From positions 1,800,001 to 1,864,000 of the forward strand of contig MU058153.1 in assembly GCA_013265495.1 (NCBI GenBank): DNA of 64,000 bases, given 5' to 3'. A program made the position numbers and the translations under genes. Positions 38,608-52,619 of this stretch are shown one piece after another. The notes under the pieces were generated by a model. The model was not told the DNA's origin. It did no database searches and saw only the letters and a program-made list of their open reading frames with translations. The stretch is from Vicugna vicugna. Its lineage: Eukaryota. The number at the start of each line of letters is the position of its first letter. Positions within the stretch are counted from its first letter, which is position 1.

Positions 38608-40089
38608 ATTTAAGTTGTGGAAAGATTGTTTCAGATTCTGGTGGACAAAATTACATCAGTATCAAGGTTTCCTTCGTGAGCAGTTGATAAAACCAACAGA
38701 TTTCTCAAGCCTGTCAGTGTGAGAAAAGGAACGAAGGGTGTTACCAGGAAGGTCTTCTTTGAGACTCCAGGTAGCAGTCAGGGGACACACCATGGAGTCA
38801 AGAAGACATGAGAACCTGAAGCCAATGCATTTGACGTTCTCATGATAAGAGTCTCAGGGGAGAACAGACATGGAAACGAGAGAAAGGCTCATTTGTGACA
38901 CAGTCATGCCTGCTGCCATGGTTTTTCAGCAGAGGCCACAAAAGGCCTAGTGTATGAATCAGGTCTAGCCAAGACCCCAGGGAATAAGTAAGAGGCATCA
39001 GACCTCCCTGTTTGGAGCCTGATAGCTTTTCCTTCCTCAGTAACCTCTCATGGTAAACACAAAACTAGGATCTGTTCTTTTCCTTTCCCGTTCACTGTTA
39101 TTCTGAGGGCCCAGGATAACTGCCCAGATATAACAGCCAAGGGCAAATCCATGAGCCAAGCTTTTTGAAATTACTTTTGTTTCCATCAGCTGACCTGTGG
39201 ATTTAAAAGGTGTGACACCGCCCCTTGTTTAGCCTTGGAAGGTTCTGATCACTAGGCAGAAAGTAAATGCACTAGAGAAAGCAAAGAGAGAGACTTGCAT
39301 CCCAATTTTGTGCTTCAACATATGACAAAGGAAACACCACTTTTGTTAATGGGGACAGCTAATGACTTTTTCATCAAACGAGGATAATAAAGTAAGTGTG
39401 TTTTGCCTTCCCACCCTTAATTTGCTGAAATTTATTTAGCTTGTGATCAAATATTTTTGAGGTACCTAAGGAAGGCTTCCCACAGCTTTGGGGGAATACT
39501 CTCACAATGGGCTTGTAGCAACCATGGGTCTAACGCTACAACTTATACTTTGCAACCCTTTTAAACTCCCTTCATAGATAATTTAAATTATGCTGTCCAA
39601 AGAAGCAATACTTCATTTGCTGAGTTTTGCTCTTAGCTTTTCCTTTAGCACACAAAAGACAAAGCAATTTGTTCTACCCTGTTGCAGATTTCAGAAGCTG
39701 TGTTTTAGACTTGGAAAGCTTAGGGAAACTCTTGAGTTCCTACAAACACTTCTGCTCTTGGTATATTTTAATTACATGCTTGGGCCCTGAAGGTACGTGA
39801 GCACGTGACCCTTGGCTTCATTCTCTTGGTGGATTTTCCCCATGCAGTTCAGCCTCCTCTGGAGATTTGACTCAGATAAGCACGCTCTGAAACTGTAACG
39901 CCAAGATACAAGATGTCAGTGACCATCTCTATATATGGCTTATATAACTTAGGACCCAGCATAGTGACAGATTTAGAAAGTGATTAATAAATAGGGTGTA
40001 TTTTGTTTTCAATTTTTAAGGAGGAGTAAAAAAAAAGAAGAAGAAAATCATAGAACTGATGAGGAAGCCAACTATGATATGCTGCTTTA

Positions 40090-40655
40090 TGTAGTTTTGT
40101 ATTGTGTCTATTTAGCTAAGCTGGAAATGTTTTCCCAAATCACCTTTTCTGAATGATTTCAGGTAGAGTCGTCCAGATGAGAAATTGTTGGGAGATTTGT
40201 CCAAAGTGGGAGAGAAGTAGTGCCCTCAGATGTATCAGAGGCATTACAAGGAAAGGGAGACTGACAAAAAGGGCTGGCTAGTCCCCCTTTATCCTCAGCC
40301 CCCTTTACTCTGTGTCCAGCTCTCCTTTCTGACCAGGGCTCTGCTGGACAACAGCAACCCCAGGTCCTCTGCCAGACAAAAGAGGTAACATCTCTCTGCA
40401 GACATCTCCACCAGCTCTCCTTTGAGATCCACCATGGCAGCTCACTCTGGGTGGCTGCCGACGTGCCCTTGTCCACTCTCACCAGGGCCCAAGGAAGGCT
40501 TTTTCGACTTTTCTCCGATCCTCCAGCTTCCCCTTCCTGACCCCTATCACTGTAGTTCCTTCAGTAATAACAGAACCTCTTTGTCCTACAGTAAATCCCT
40601 CATTCCACACTCATTTCAGTAGTTCTCTTCCTTTGGTTGAACCCTGATGGATACA
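40090..40655 (+). mobile_element. ERVL solo LTR (LTR41-like)
   Basis: 'tgtgtctatttagctaagctggaaatgttttccca...gggagatttg' ... 'agtaaatccctcattcc...ttgaaccctgatggataca'. Confidence 0.7.
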
Positions 40656-42511
40656 GGTACGTTAATAATACAAATTCTGGAATGAGTAAAACGTTCTAAG
40701 AGCAAAAGTATAATTTTCTATCCTGTAGAATCCTAATTCTCTCTCTCTCTGTCTTTCTCTCTCTCGCACACACACAGGTTTTTGAATATACCTGGGTCAG
40801 GCTTTTCCAGCAAGATTCAATAAAACCTTGTTTCTTTTCACAGTCTTGACAAAGTGGTCATTTAATTTGCACAGAAAAAAAAACAAACAAAATCATTCTT
40901 ATCTACATAACTTACAATCTGTTCCTAGCCAGGCACTGTTTTTCATTCATAATATTGGTCAAAATAGCAATCAAGGAACAAATGAATGGTTTGCTTCTGT
41001 GCAAACATTCTGAGTTCTGGGTCTGCCACAGAAATTACTTCCGTATTCTTCTCTGACAAAAACACTAAGCGACACGTGAAAAAATACATACCCAACAGTA
41101 GCGTGGCTTGGACTGTGACCAAAACATGTTCGTTTCTCATAGTAAGCCACTGAATGGCTTTAATCTGAATTCTGCCAATCAGTTGAGGAGGTATCTGGGA
41201 TCCTCATTTCAATGTCTCGGCTGCTTTTACAATAAATGATTTTATAAGTATCTCATTAGTGCTGTCAGGAAATATTTTATTGGCCTTAAACATGTCATGT
41301 GCTCTAGTTTTATTACAGTATTAGGTGCAATATCATTTTTATCCTTCAGAAGACTTTCATGGTATGTGAAATCTCTGTCATCACATATCTGCCATTACCA
41401 TTCTAATCAAAGAAAGATCCCTTTTCTTCCTCTTTCTCTTTTTTCTAAATTCATTTTTATCTACTTTCCCAAGTTCTTGCCTCCCTCCATACTTCTATTT
41501 GGTTATTTATTTTTAAGGTTTTGTTGTTGTTTCTTGATGTTTTCTCTAGTTGAAAGTCACAAAACATCTTTCACATCCTTTTCGTCATTTCTTGTCCTCA
41601 TAAATCTGCGTCTGTACCATAATGATTTTGTGAATTACAATGCTGAAGATGCTTCCAGGATTCTTTGAATGACTACATTATGGTTCCAAATAAAGGAAGA
41701 AAATATTTTATTCACTTTTTATTGTCCTAATTAATAATATCTCACCTTATCTGGGTACCTTTGACCAGTGCAATTCCATTAATGGAAAAAAGAAATTAAT
41801 AATAGAAATTATTTGTACCAATAGTATCATTTTATCTATATATGTGACTTAGGGAGTTTATTATTCAGATATTCATAGATATCTATGTGCTTTGACAAAG
41901 TGAATTATGCATTTTAAATATTTTTAATAAAATATACTTCACTTATTAAATGGATCTGGGTAATAGTCTAATTTATTAGAAATATATTGGCCCCTTTATG
42001 AGGATATAATGTTTTATCAGATATAGTAAATAGTATGAAAATGAGTATATATACTTATCAGAAAGGAATGAGGTTCAAGAAGGTTTTTTTAGAACTTATA
42101 TAATATATTGCCCTCTTTTCTATGATTCCCTGAAAGTGATTCCAATGCTGTTAATCCTTTTGGTGCTGCTCTCTATAGACAGGACAATAAATATCCTTTA
42201 TTGTGAAAGATTTATTTTCTGCACCAACATAATCGAGTCAATCGATAAAGTATGTTTCCCTAGGCACTCTGCTGTGCCCAACACACTTCATCAACAAGTG
42301 TGCATTAAGGAAACACCTAGATCCCCCTGTGGCAGACATGGCACTTTACAGATGTAAAATATAGTGGTAACAACTATAATAATAGACAAGTGCAGATAGT
42401 TTGAAAATTAAGTAGCTCAGTCATTTCTTTCCTATACAAAGTAACTTGGACATTTAAAATCTGGAGTCTAAGTTTCCCAAACCTAAAATGGTAGATACTA
42501 TAAGGAATTTT

Positions 42512-44383
42512 TAGCAGTGGCATCAGCAACATGATGGTATAGGAGTTTCCAGCACTCCTCCTCTCTCAATTTGAACAGCCATCCACACATGAAAATACCT
42601 TGACAAGAGCCAAGGATTCAGGTGAGAGGTTATTCCACATGGGCGGAGCACAGAAACAAGAAGAAACACACTGCAGAGAAACACATTTACACCACCCGCG
42701 TCACCCCTGCCCCAGGCCTGGGCAGCCCCGCCTGGACAGAGAGAGACCCTTCCCACGGGGGATGGAGACAGCAATGAGCACTGGCAGCACCAGGCCCTCA
42801 CTGGTGCCACGCCAGCCACTGGGGCCCCACAGACTCAGCCTCTAGGCCTACTCTTGTGTCCTCAGGCTCCCAGCAGACCCCGGCATCAGGCCTATTCCCA
42901 TAAACCCATGCTTCTGCAGACACAGCCTATTCCCATCAACCCAGCTCCCTTGAGCCCTAGCTCCCAATTCCACTCCCTGTCCACCCAGTGCCCAGCCTGC
43001 TTCCATGAGTCCAGCCTTCAGGCCACCACCTGCAGCTCTAGGCTCAGGGTCCACCCCAATGCCAGGCTGACCCTTGTGGACACAACTTCAAAACAGGCTC
43101 TGGTGGATCCAGGATCCACACTCTCCTCAGCTTCCAAGAGGGCTACCACAGCTACAGGCTTCTAGGCCACTCCAGTGCCAGGCTGGCCCCCACAGACACA
43201 GCGTCTAGGCCAAACCGATAAGTTCATAGGAACACACAACCTACCAAGACTGAGTCATGAGCAGATAGAAAATCTGAACAGGCCAGTAACAAGGAGATTG
43301 AATCACTAATCAAAAACCTCCCACCAAAGAAGAGCCCAGGACCTGACAGATTCACTGGGGAATTCCACTACAACTTTTAAAAAGGATCAGTGCTGATCTT
43401 CAAATTCTCCCTCAAAATTGAAAAAATAAGAACACTTCCAAATTCATTTTATAAAACTAGTATTATTACCTTTATACCAAATCCAGATAAGGGCACTACA
43501 AGAAAAGAAAATTACAGACCAATATCCCTGATGAACATCGATACAAAAATTCTCAACAAAATACCAGCAAACCAAATTCAACAACACATTAAAAGGATTG
43601 TATACCATGGTCAAGAGGGATTTATCCCTGGGATGCAAAGATGGTCCAATGTTTGCAAATCAATACACGTAATACACCACGTTAAGAGAATGGAGGATGA
43701 AAATTATATGTAGATGCAGGGAAAGCATTTGACAAAATTCAAAATTCTTTTGTGATACAAATTCTCAACAAATTAGGTATAGAGGGAACACATCACAACA
43801 TAATAAATGCCATATATGACAAACCCACAGCTAACATCATACTCAATTACAAAAAGCTGAAAACGTTTCCTCTAAGATCAAGTACAAGACAAAGATGCCC
43901 CCTTTTGCCACTTCAGTTCAATGGACTGGAAGCCCTAGCCAGAAAATGAGGCAAGAAAAAAAGAATTAAAGGCATCCAAATTGGAAAGGAAGAAAAAAAT
44001 GGTCTCTTTTTGCAGATGACATGATCTTATATATAGGAAACCCTAAAGACTCCACCCAAACTGTTAAAACTAATAAACGAATTCAGTAAACTTGAAGATA
44101 CAAAATTATACACAAAAATCAGTTGTATTTCTATATACTAACTATGAGCTATCTGAAAAAGAAATAAAGAAAGTCATTCCGTTAATAATAGCATTAAAAA
44201 ATACTTAGGAATAAATTTAACCAAGAAGTTGAAAGATCTATATGCTAAAAACTAATAAACATTAGTGAAAGAAATTGAAAAAGACACTAATAAATGGAAA
44301 GATATCCTGTGCTCATGGATTAAAAAGTTTAATATTATTAAAATATTCATATAATCCAAAGCAATCTACAGATTCAGTTCAAT
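42512..44383 (+). mobile_element. L1M (L1MA-age) copy: 5'UTR (~42512-43211) fused to mid-ORF2 (~43212-44383), 3'-truncated
   Basis: The 5' end 'ggcatcagcaacatgatgg...' and GC-rich 'caggc-ccc' repeats are followed abruptly by ORF2 'acaacctaccaagactgagtcatgagcagatagaaaatctgaacagg'. Confidence 0.85.
43390..44030 (+). pseudogene. Decayed L1 ORF2 reverse-transcriptase region
   Basis: Translations contain [26 protein letters not shown] and [13 protein letters not shown], with 'tttgcagatgacatg' (FADDM). The frame is broken by stops and frameshifts. Confidence 0.9.
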
Positions 44384-44471
44384 CAAAAAAGATAAAACAA
44401 AAATACTTTTCAAATATGGAGTTCTCCACAGCAAATTAAGATTGATAATAACAAACATTTAATTTCTTAGG

Positions 44472-44595
44472 ATAACATATAATGGAAAAGAATCTGAAAA
44501 GAAAAAAAATATATCAATATATGTATATGAATAACCCAATCACTTTGCTGTACACCTGAAACTAAATTGTACATCAACTACACTTCCAAAAAATG
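44472..44595 (+). mobile_element. Short cetartiodactyl L1 3' terminus
   Basis: 'ataatggaaaagaatctgaaaa...aatcactttgctgtacacctgaaactaa...tcaactacacttc'. Confidence 0.8.
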
Positions 44596-45590
44596 TTTTT
44601 AAATAGTAAACACTCTGTAGCTAATGTCCTTTTTCCAACAATGAAACATTTGCTTTATCTTCAGATTTATTGTCTTTAGGCCTTTACAGGAACTGAGGTA
44701 TAGGATTAGGTAATAATCACAATACACCATCAACACAGCAGAAGAAAAAGTGATGCAAATTCCTGAGCTACGCCACAGTATTTAGCTTTTCTTATATCAA
44801 CTTTACTAAATACAGCTGTTTTTTTATAATAGTCATTGTCTCTTTCTCAGTCCTTTTACATTGGTAAGTGTGTAATTAGATAAATGAAGCCAAATGTTTT
44901 GTCTTTGTGCTTATGCAGTAAAATATTTTCCCAATGCCAATCGATATAAAAGATCATGAGTCTGCCTTTCATCGTCACTAATCTAAGTTTGCCTACGATA
45001 ATTTTGTCACCATGTAAACTGAATTCACATTGAAATTCAAATCCTGCCTTAAGATTTCTTAAAATTTCAAATTATAAAGAATTTGTTAAATATAACTTAC
45101 TGATAAAAATGAAAAATTGGATGAAAGTGCAAAAGTTAAATTATTCAGGCATATTATGTATTACCATAAAGCCAGTATAATAATGTTTTGTAAAAATATA
45201 TTTACTGGTATGAAAGAATAGTCCTGATGTATTGAGAATTGCACAGAAGAATACATCGTTAGATTTTGCTTATATAGAAGGAAAACTTAGATCTCTCCAA
45301 TGTTTATCTTTAAGTGGTGGGATTACGGTCGGGCTTCATTACCTTTTTTATGCTTACCGAAGGGATGACATACATTTTCTAAAATAAATATCTATCATTT
45401 TTATATTAAATAGGAAGTATTTTTATCATTTGGATGCATGACTTACTTTTTAATAACTCAGAATTGAAGCTAGAAAGAATGAATATAATTAATGCAGGAG
45501 AATGGTATTCTGCTCGGTCAGACCCTCCAGTTTATTTTCCCTTATTTGGGTCTGCCACGTTTCAAGAAATGATTCTTGTGGGTGGTTGAT

Positions 45591-45750
45591 TATATATATA
45601 TATGTGTGTGTGTATATATATATACACACACACACACATACATACACAAACACACACATACATATATATGTATGTATGTGTATGTATATATGTATGTGTA
45701 TATGTATATATACATGGGTATATGTATACATATGCAAATACATATATATA
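45591..45750. repeat. Compound (TA/TG/CA)n alternating purine-pyrimidine tract
   Basis: Read directly; it includes a 32-bp perfect palindrome at 45603-45634. Confidence 0.95.
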
Positions 45751-45751
45751 C

Positions 45752-46030
45752 TAGTTTCCTATTACTGATGTAACAAACAACCACAATGTTGGCACCTTAA
45801 AATAGCAGCCATTTGTTAGCTTACTGCTTCCTTATGGAAAAAGTTCAGCTGGGCAAAACTCCGTTCTCTGTATAGAGTCTCACAAGGTCAAAATCAAGGT
45901 GCTGAACAAGCCTGGGCTCTAACCTGGAGGCTCCAGGGGCCATTCTATTTCTAGGCTCATTCTGGGCTTTGGCAGAGTTCATTCCCTTCTCACTCTCTCC
46001 ATGTGGCCCCCTCTACCGTTAAGCGAGCTA
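45752..46030 (-). mobile_element. MLT1D/E-like LTR fragment
   Basis: 'tagtttcctattactgatgtaacaaacaaccaca...tctcacaaggtcaaaatcaaggtg...ctggaggctccagggg'. Confidence 0.75.
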
Positions 46031-46734
46031 AGGCCCTGCTTGAGAACGTGGAGGATAAACATGCAGGGCTGAGCCCCTTTCTGGCTCTCTCCTTCAGAGC
46101 TAGCCCGCTGTAGATGGAGTGCATTCCGGACACTCTGTACCATGTGGTCAAAGACCTGGGAGTGCAGGAAGCCCCACCCATGGTTGCTCCATTGAGCCAG
46201 CAATGCTGTGGAGGAATCTGCCAAATTCAGGCTGAAGCAAGCCAATGGACCTGCAGATGTAAAACTACATACTTTAAAAAGCGTCTTAGGTAATTGAATG
46301 ACACTTTGATTCCTGTCTCCCAACTGTTTAACACGTTTGACTCTAACTTGTTGCTAAACTCAGTACACATTCAATACTTTCAAACTTTGCAAGCCCCGAA
46401 ACTCTATGGTTCAACCCACGCAGAGTTGATTAAACTCTGGGGTTTTGATTCTTGTAGCCAAAATCAAGTAACAGTGATAAAATAAACAACTGCCAATTCT
46501 GGATTTATGTTGCTAGGTGGTTTTCTCATGGACAGGAATGCATGTCTCCGATTATCTAATGTACCATATTCTCTGGGATAAGGGTACGTGAACATGCAAA
46601 TCATTAGGTAGGAAGTTGATTGATAAGTCCAGATTTTAAACAAAGCAAACAAGCCAATCTTGACAGGTGTTCCATCTAGGTCATGGGAAACTCTGATGAG
46701 GTGTTTTATTTTTATATTTTAGAATAAGAGAATT

Positions 46735-46915
46735 TGTGTTTGAGAACTGGCCCTTTGCCATTTACAGTATAACCTTGGGTGAGTTTAACTTTTCTAAACC
46801 TCAGTGAAGTCATCTCTAAAAATGAATAATGCTGCCTACCTTATAAATTTGTTAAAGAAATTAAATGAGATGATGCATGTCATAGCATTTAATCCAGTGC
46901 TTGCTAAATAATATT
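46735..46915 (+). mobile_element. MIR SINE
   Basis: 'aaccttgggtgagtttaacttttctaaacctcagt...ttaaatgagatgatgcatg'. Confidence 0.7.
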
Positions 46916-47179
46916 TGTGTGTATACATATATACACATATACATACATATGTACATAGGCATATATATGCACACACAATATATACTGAAAACATATAGAG
47001 TATATAGACTATATCATTAAGTATTATACTTCAATTCTTGTTCTATATTATCTTTTTTGGTCTCTGATAAATGGTCTCTTCGCACTAGTGCAGGTCTTAA
47101 TTTATTTTTCAGGTCTATTAGTGTAATTTATTTTGTTATAGCTCTTTTTCATCATCACATTTCAGTCACATGATTATAA

Positions 47180-47440
47180 TTTGGCTATCTGGTTTGGACT
47201 TGGATGATTTGCTTCCCTCTTTTAAAAGATCCATTTCCTCTCTTACATGATTTTACAGCATCCTGTGTTTTTCTCTGCGTACTTCATCAAGTTGGTAATT
47301 TTTCTCTCTGCTTGAAGAACAATACCCATCTTGTTTCCTGCAATATCTAGCAACCAGCACAATCCCAGGTGCGTAGTTGGTTTTCAAGAACAATGAATGA
47401 ATAAATAAGAGAGTAAATGAATGAATTAATGAATGCATGA
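47180..47440 (+). mobile_element. L2 3' end
   Basis: 'tatctagcaaccagcacaatcccagg...aatgaatgaataaat...atgaatgaat'. Confidence 0.55.
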
Positions 47441-47561
47441 CAAATATTCCCAACTGAACTCTGTGTTGATGCATTCTCAAAATACATTATTTTAAGTTTT
47501 GGGGGCACTCTGCACTATTTTCCTTCCAGATTCATTAGTAAATGATCTAATAGTATTAGCC

Positions 47562-47930
47562 TGGGATCATAAACTCAGATGTCTTCAAGGTCTGAGATGT
47601 AATATAAAGGAAGTAAAACGGGCCATGGCTAAAATGACGAACGGTAATTGGCATTCTGTCTCCATGTCAGGGAGGCAGTAAACTACAATAGGCATTGTGG
47701 TAACGGGAAAGGCATGCCCTGTATAAAGATAGGAGACCCTTCTCAGCAACAGTTGATCTTTGCTACATGGAAATTCAAGTCAATTTGTTATCAATTTTTT
47801 AGAAAAGAGGTCAGAAATATTTTTGTCTTTGAAATCTCTTATTTGCAGTGTGAGCTAATTTTTACGTAAACACTGCACCATCAAATACGTGGCTGAATTA
47901 GCTAGGCTGTGTGTTTAGATGTGACCCACA
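47562..47930 (+). mobile_element. MER103C-like hAT-Charlie element
   Basis: 'gggatcataaactcagatgtcttcaagg...aaacgggcc...gcatgccctg...aaaagaggtcagaaat...tgaaatctc...tgtgacccacag'. Confidence 0.6.
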
Positions 47931-48719
47931 GACTCCTGGGGTTTGCCCCTGGCTTAACCAAGCAACCACACAGTTCTCTTCTTATGTTGATCAGTGTCTT
48001 CCGAAACTATCTCTGATGGCACGTTCTTAAAGGGCAATGATCATTTGTCAGAATTCATGTTTGAATAAGATGAATCAGTGGGTTGGTTTCCCTAACTGTT
48101 TGGAACATCTGATGGCTTTAATTCCCACTTGGTGAGTTTTCCTTACAACTCAATTTTCTCATTGCTATCTCATTATTTAAAAACTTAAAAAATATTAAAG
48201 ATGAAAACGGAGCCTTTCCACAATGACGGCAAAAACGTTTCCAAGGCTGTACTGTCAGCCACAGGCAGATGTTAACATCAGCATCCCTGGCTTTTGGTTT
48301 GGAAGTTACTCTCTCTTCCTCAGGAAAGAGTTTTGATTGAAAGGCTCCTTCCTCCGCTGCTGCCCCGCATGGGGAACATGGATGAGTGTCCCTCAGCCAA
48401 GGAAAACAGCGCATCCTTAGGAAGAGGGCTTTCTGTTTACACCTCTAGAATCTCCTCTGGGGTGGGAGAGGCAGAAGAGAAACCAAGTTGCTGAACGATG
48501 CTGCAGACTCACCACTTTGATTTCAATCAGTACCACTACTGATTTATGCTTTCCCACACACCTTTGCTGTTGTTGACAAATGATTTCTATACCAAAAAAA
48601 TTTTAGAAAATTATAACAGCAGGACATTTCCACTCTCCTTGCCATGTACTGCTCCGCAGGCTCCATGTAAAATTTGCTTATAGTGCATTTCTCAGTTATC
48701 CCACATCGCAGACACTAAG

Positions 48720-49395
48720 ATACTATGTTAATCAAGATACGTTCAACTTCTCTGACAGTCAAGGAAATAAGGTTTAAAAATCTAGATAACATTTTCCATG
48801 AACAGTTTGTGCATTTTCAGAATAATTATACACAGCACTGTGAGTGTTTTGAGTCAATATTTTTTAATTTTTCTGATCGGAGTATGTATACTGGAAAAAT
48901 ATATATTTTGAGGACAGTTTAGCAAAATGCATTCAGGTTCTTAAAAGGATCCACTATCCTTTGCCTCAGGGAGTCATCTGTTAGGGATTCATTCTAAAGA
49001 AATAATTAGAAAGACAGAAAGACTTCTCTGTTTATTACAGAATTTTTAATACATTGAAAAATTTCAAACAATTTAATGTATGTGTATAGAAGAGTTAATA
49101 AATGCATAATAAAACCATGCCTCATAACATTGTATAGTTATTACATGTTGTATGAGACTGTTTAATGACATAGAAAAGTATTTTTTATGTATTAGGTAAA
49201 AATAAAAGTACCAAAATATAGGGTCATAGTGTCATATTAATTCTGTATTTAAAATTTGCTCATTAATAAACAAGACATATGCAAAACAAATTTTTGTTTA
49301 TAGAAGTCACTACTAAAAGGGAGAATTACAGTTAATAAAGAAAAAAATCCTTCAGTTTTGGTTCTCTGCATTTCCTAAATATTCTATTGTGAACA
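48720..49395 (+). mobile_element. Old L1ME 3' fragment
   Basis: 'agatacgttcaacttctctgacagtcaaggaaat', 'ttagggattcattctaaagaaataatt'. Confidence 0.55.
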
Positions 49396-50833
49396 CGTTT
49401 CTTATAGTCTTCCCCACCCTGTAAAAAAAGGGATGTTAAATGACACTGACTAAGACACTATCAACAGACTAACTAAAAGGATAATTTCATTTTTTTAAAT
49501 TTTATTTTGTATGGCTTCAATAACTAAGGAACCAATGAGACTATAGAAGAAGATGTTATCTATTATTAAATGGATTATCCTGTAATGGCTCATAGAAATC
49601 AAGACCAAGAGGAGGCTCCCCCTCACTGAGAGGCTCAGACAATGGAGACACTTTGACAAAGACTACAAGACTGACTAATGTGTTAGTTCAAAGTCATCAC
49701 AAAGGCTTCAACTGTCATGCTATTGCAAGTATTAAATTGTATCTCATTACTCACACACACACACAGATAAGGTCTTAAGAACAATAGATCCCAAGTCATG
49801 AAACTTTCAACAAGGCAACTAACTCTAAGGCACTTTTATCAGAACTTGAAGTGAAAATTGGGCACAAAAAGAAATTGGCAAACACATGGAAAGACTTTGA
49901 AAAATGTCACTTTGGTTCAATAACTTTTGATTCATTTTGCTATTTGATATCCACAAAAATCAGACACCATGATGAATTCAGTTTGTTACAGTATGCATTT
50001 AGTATGTAATTTAATTGAATTTCCAATGTAGTAGGCCATCTATTATTCTAAGTGAGAGAAAAGTCCGAATTCACTGAGATTGATATATGCATCAGGATAC
50101 TCTTGAAGGAATAGTTCAGAATTCTCTTTTCAAGTATGACTTCAAAGAGCCACTGATAAATAAAGCAAGGCACAGTGTAATTAAAACCAATTAAATTCAA
50201 ACAAAGCAAAATTGTTTAAGTATATTCATCATCGAGTTTGAATCTTACTATTGTATTTATTTCTCCCTAATTCCAATGAATATCATTTTCTTAGGATGTA
50301 GGATACATCTTATACTGGGAGGTGGGATGGGGGATTACACCATTGCAGGATTTCATTCCTTCTGGGAACTGGAAGTGACGATGAAAATCACAGCTATGAT
50401 TAAAATCACAAATAATCACAAATGCCTTTGTTCATCAATTTGTCTCCAATGTTACAGATCATAAGGGATATGACATTTAGTATTTTGTACCTGAATATAG
50501 CCTGTATACATACTGGCCTACTGTAATTGAGTCTTAAAAGGAACGCTATGAGGAGTAGATTTCTGTTAACCAAAGGGAGTAACAACTACAACAACAAAAA
50601 TCAATTGGTAAGAATAATGAGTGGCAAGCAGACAGTTGTACAAATTATTATTTCAAAAAAGTAAGTATTTTTGTTAAGACACTTTTAATTTCTTGTTCAG
50701 CAAAAATATGCTTCTTATTTCTGGAAAAGCCCAGCTACTACATCACTGGCGTTCAGCAGGGGAACAGGGGAACGTTTATCCTGAGCAGCAAGCTAACAAG
50801 ATACCTTCTTTTAGCTCACCTGGATTTTTAAAT

Positions 50834-51185
50834 TGGCATATACTGAATGTTTGTGTCTCCTAAAATCCATATACTGAAGCCTATTTCTCAGTGGGATGGT
50901 ATTTGGAGGTGAGACCTTGGGAGGTGATTATGAGTCATGAGGACAGCCCTCATGAATAGAATTAGTACCCTGATAAAAGAGACCCCAGAGAGCTTTCTCA
51001 CCCCTTCCTTCATGTGGAGTCACAGTGAGATGGCCATCTATGAACCGGGAATCTGATTCTCACCAGACACCAGTTTCCCAAGGACTGATTTTGGACTTCC
51101 AGTCTCTAGAACTATGAGAACAAATTCTTGTTTTTTAAGCCACCCAGTCTATGTTATTTTTGTTATAGCAGTCCAAAACTAAGAT
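50834..51185 (+). mobile_element. MLT1A-like solo LTR
   Basis: 'actgaatgtttgtgtctcctaaaatccatatactgaagcc...ggtatttggaggtgag...aaaagagaccccagagagc...ttggacttccagtctctagaactatgagaa'. Confidence 0.85.
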
Positions 51186-51301
51186 AAGAATAAAATTGTT
51201 TCACTCCTTTTTAAAGTACAACAAATTTTTTTTTCAATCAAATGGGAAATTGTTTTTGTTTTCCATTTGAAGGCAAAAGAAACAATACACACCACACAAA
51301 G

Positions 51302-51680
51302 TGTAGCAGATATCCATATCCTAATTCTTGGAAAAAACCTTGTCAAAAATCCCCTTACACATCAGAAGTGACTTTGCAGATATGATTAAGTAAAGGGACT
51401 GGCGATGGGAGTACCTGGATTATTCCGGCTGGCCCAAGTACTGCCAGGATGCCCAATAAGAAGAAGGCAGGATGGTCAAAGTGCGAGAGGAAGAGATGTG
51501 GCCACAGAAACAGACTCTCGAGCTATGAAAGACAAGAAATGGAATTTTGCCTCCAATTTCCAAGAAGGAATGTAGTCTTGCCAACTTAGTTTATCTTCCT
51601 GACCTCAAGACCATAAATTTCTGTTGCTTTAAGCCACTAAATTGGTAGTCATTACAGCAGTAATAGGAAAGTAGTTACAT
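51302..51680 (+). mobile_element. MLT1D-like solo LTR
   Basis: 'gactttgcagatatgattaagtaaaggga...cctggattattccgg...tttaagccactaaattggtag...ttacagcagtaataggaaa'. Confidence 0.75.
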
Positions 51681-52619
51681 CCAACAATGAAGTTATATTA
51701 GCAAATCTCAAAGAAGTATGTACTGAGTCCCGGACCTCTAGCCATTCCATTATGCCATATTTTACTTTCCAGTCTGTACCAACTGGTACACATGGATAGC
51801 GTTCTAACTAGATCATTTTATCCAAAGTCAACTCACACTTATGGAGCCCTTGCTATGTGAATTTCCAGGACCAGGTGCTGGACTCAAACAAATATGAAAA
51901 AGGACCATGTTTGTAAGTATGAACAATCCCACGTACAATAATGTCATTTAATGTAATATAAAATTCTCTCTTTTTAGAGTCTGAATTCTAAATCTCCCCT
52001 GTTGGATTTAACTCTTTTGGAAAAGTTTGGGTTTTGTTTGTTTGTTTGTTTAAAGTTTATCTCAATACCTAGAAGGGCTCCTGGTACATAGCACAGGCAT
52101 TCAATAAATGTGCTGACAGGATTCATAAATTAACTTCTCTATGATATTATAATTGGTTTAGGATACACAAAATCACCATGCAAAATGCTAAGTGAAAAAG
52201 CTAATTCAATTTACTTAATATAACAGTATAAGAAAGATCACAAGGCAGCACGTGATTAAGAGCCAAGTGAGTAATACAGACAGTAAGTACTTGCCAAGTT
52301 TGGAGGAGGAAGGGATCATTGTAGACTAGGATGGTTTAGAAAATCATAAATGGGAAGGTGAGTTAAACTTGGACTTGAAATACCAGTAATTAGTGCAAAT
52401 TAATCAGGTACTTATCTACTGATTAAATCGTGCACACTTGTTTATTACATTTCTATCTATTACTTAAATATATACCTGTAACTAAAAACTTACCTCTGCT
52501 GTACCAGAAATATCTCAATATTATAGCAATTTGGTTAGTGAATCTGTGTTTATGATGATTATAGGTTTATGAGGTTTGAGAATTTTATTTATTTAATAAT
52601 AAAATCATAGCCCCATGTC

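Noticed and set aside
45489..45784. Overlapping Y/I/H/T/C/V-rich ORFs
   Set aside because: These are translations of the dinucleotide repeat.
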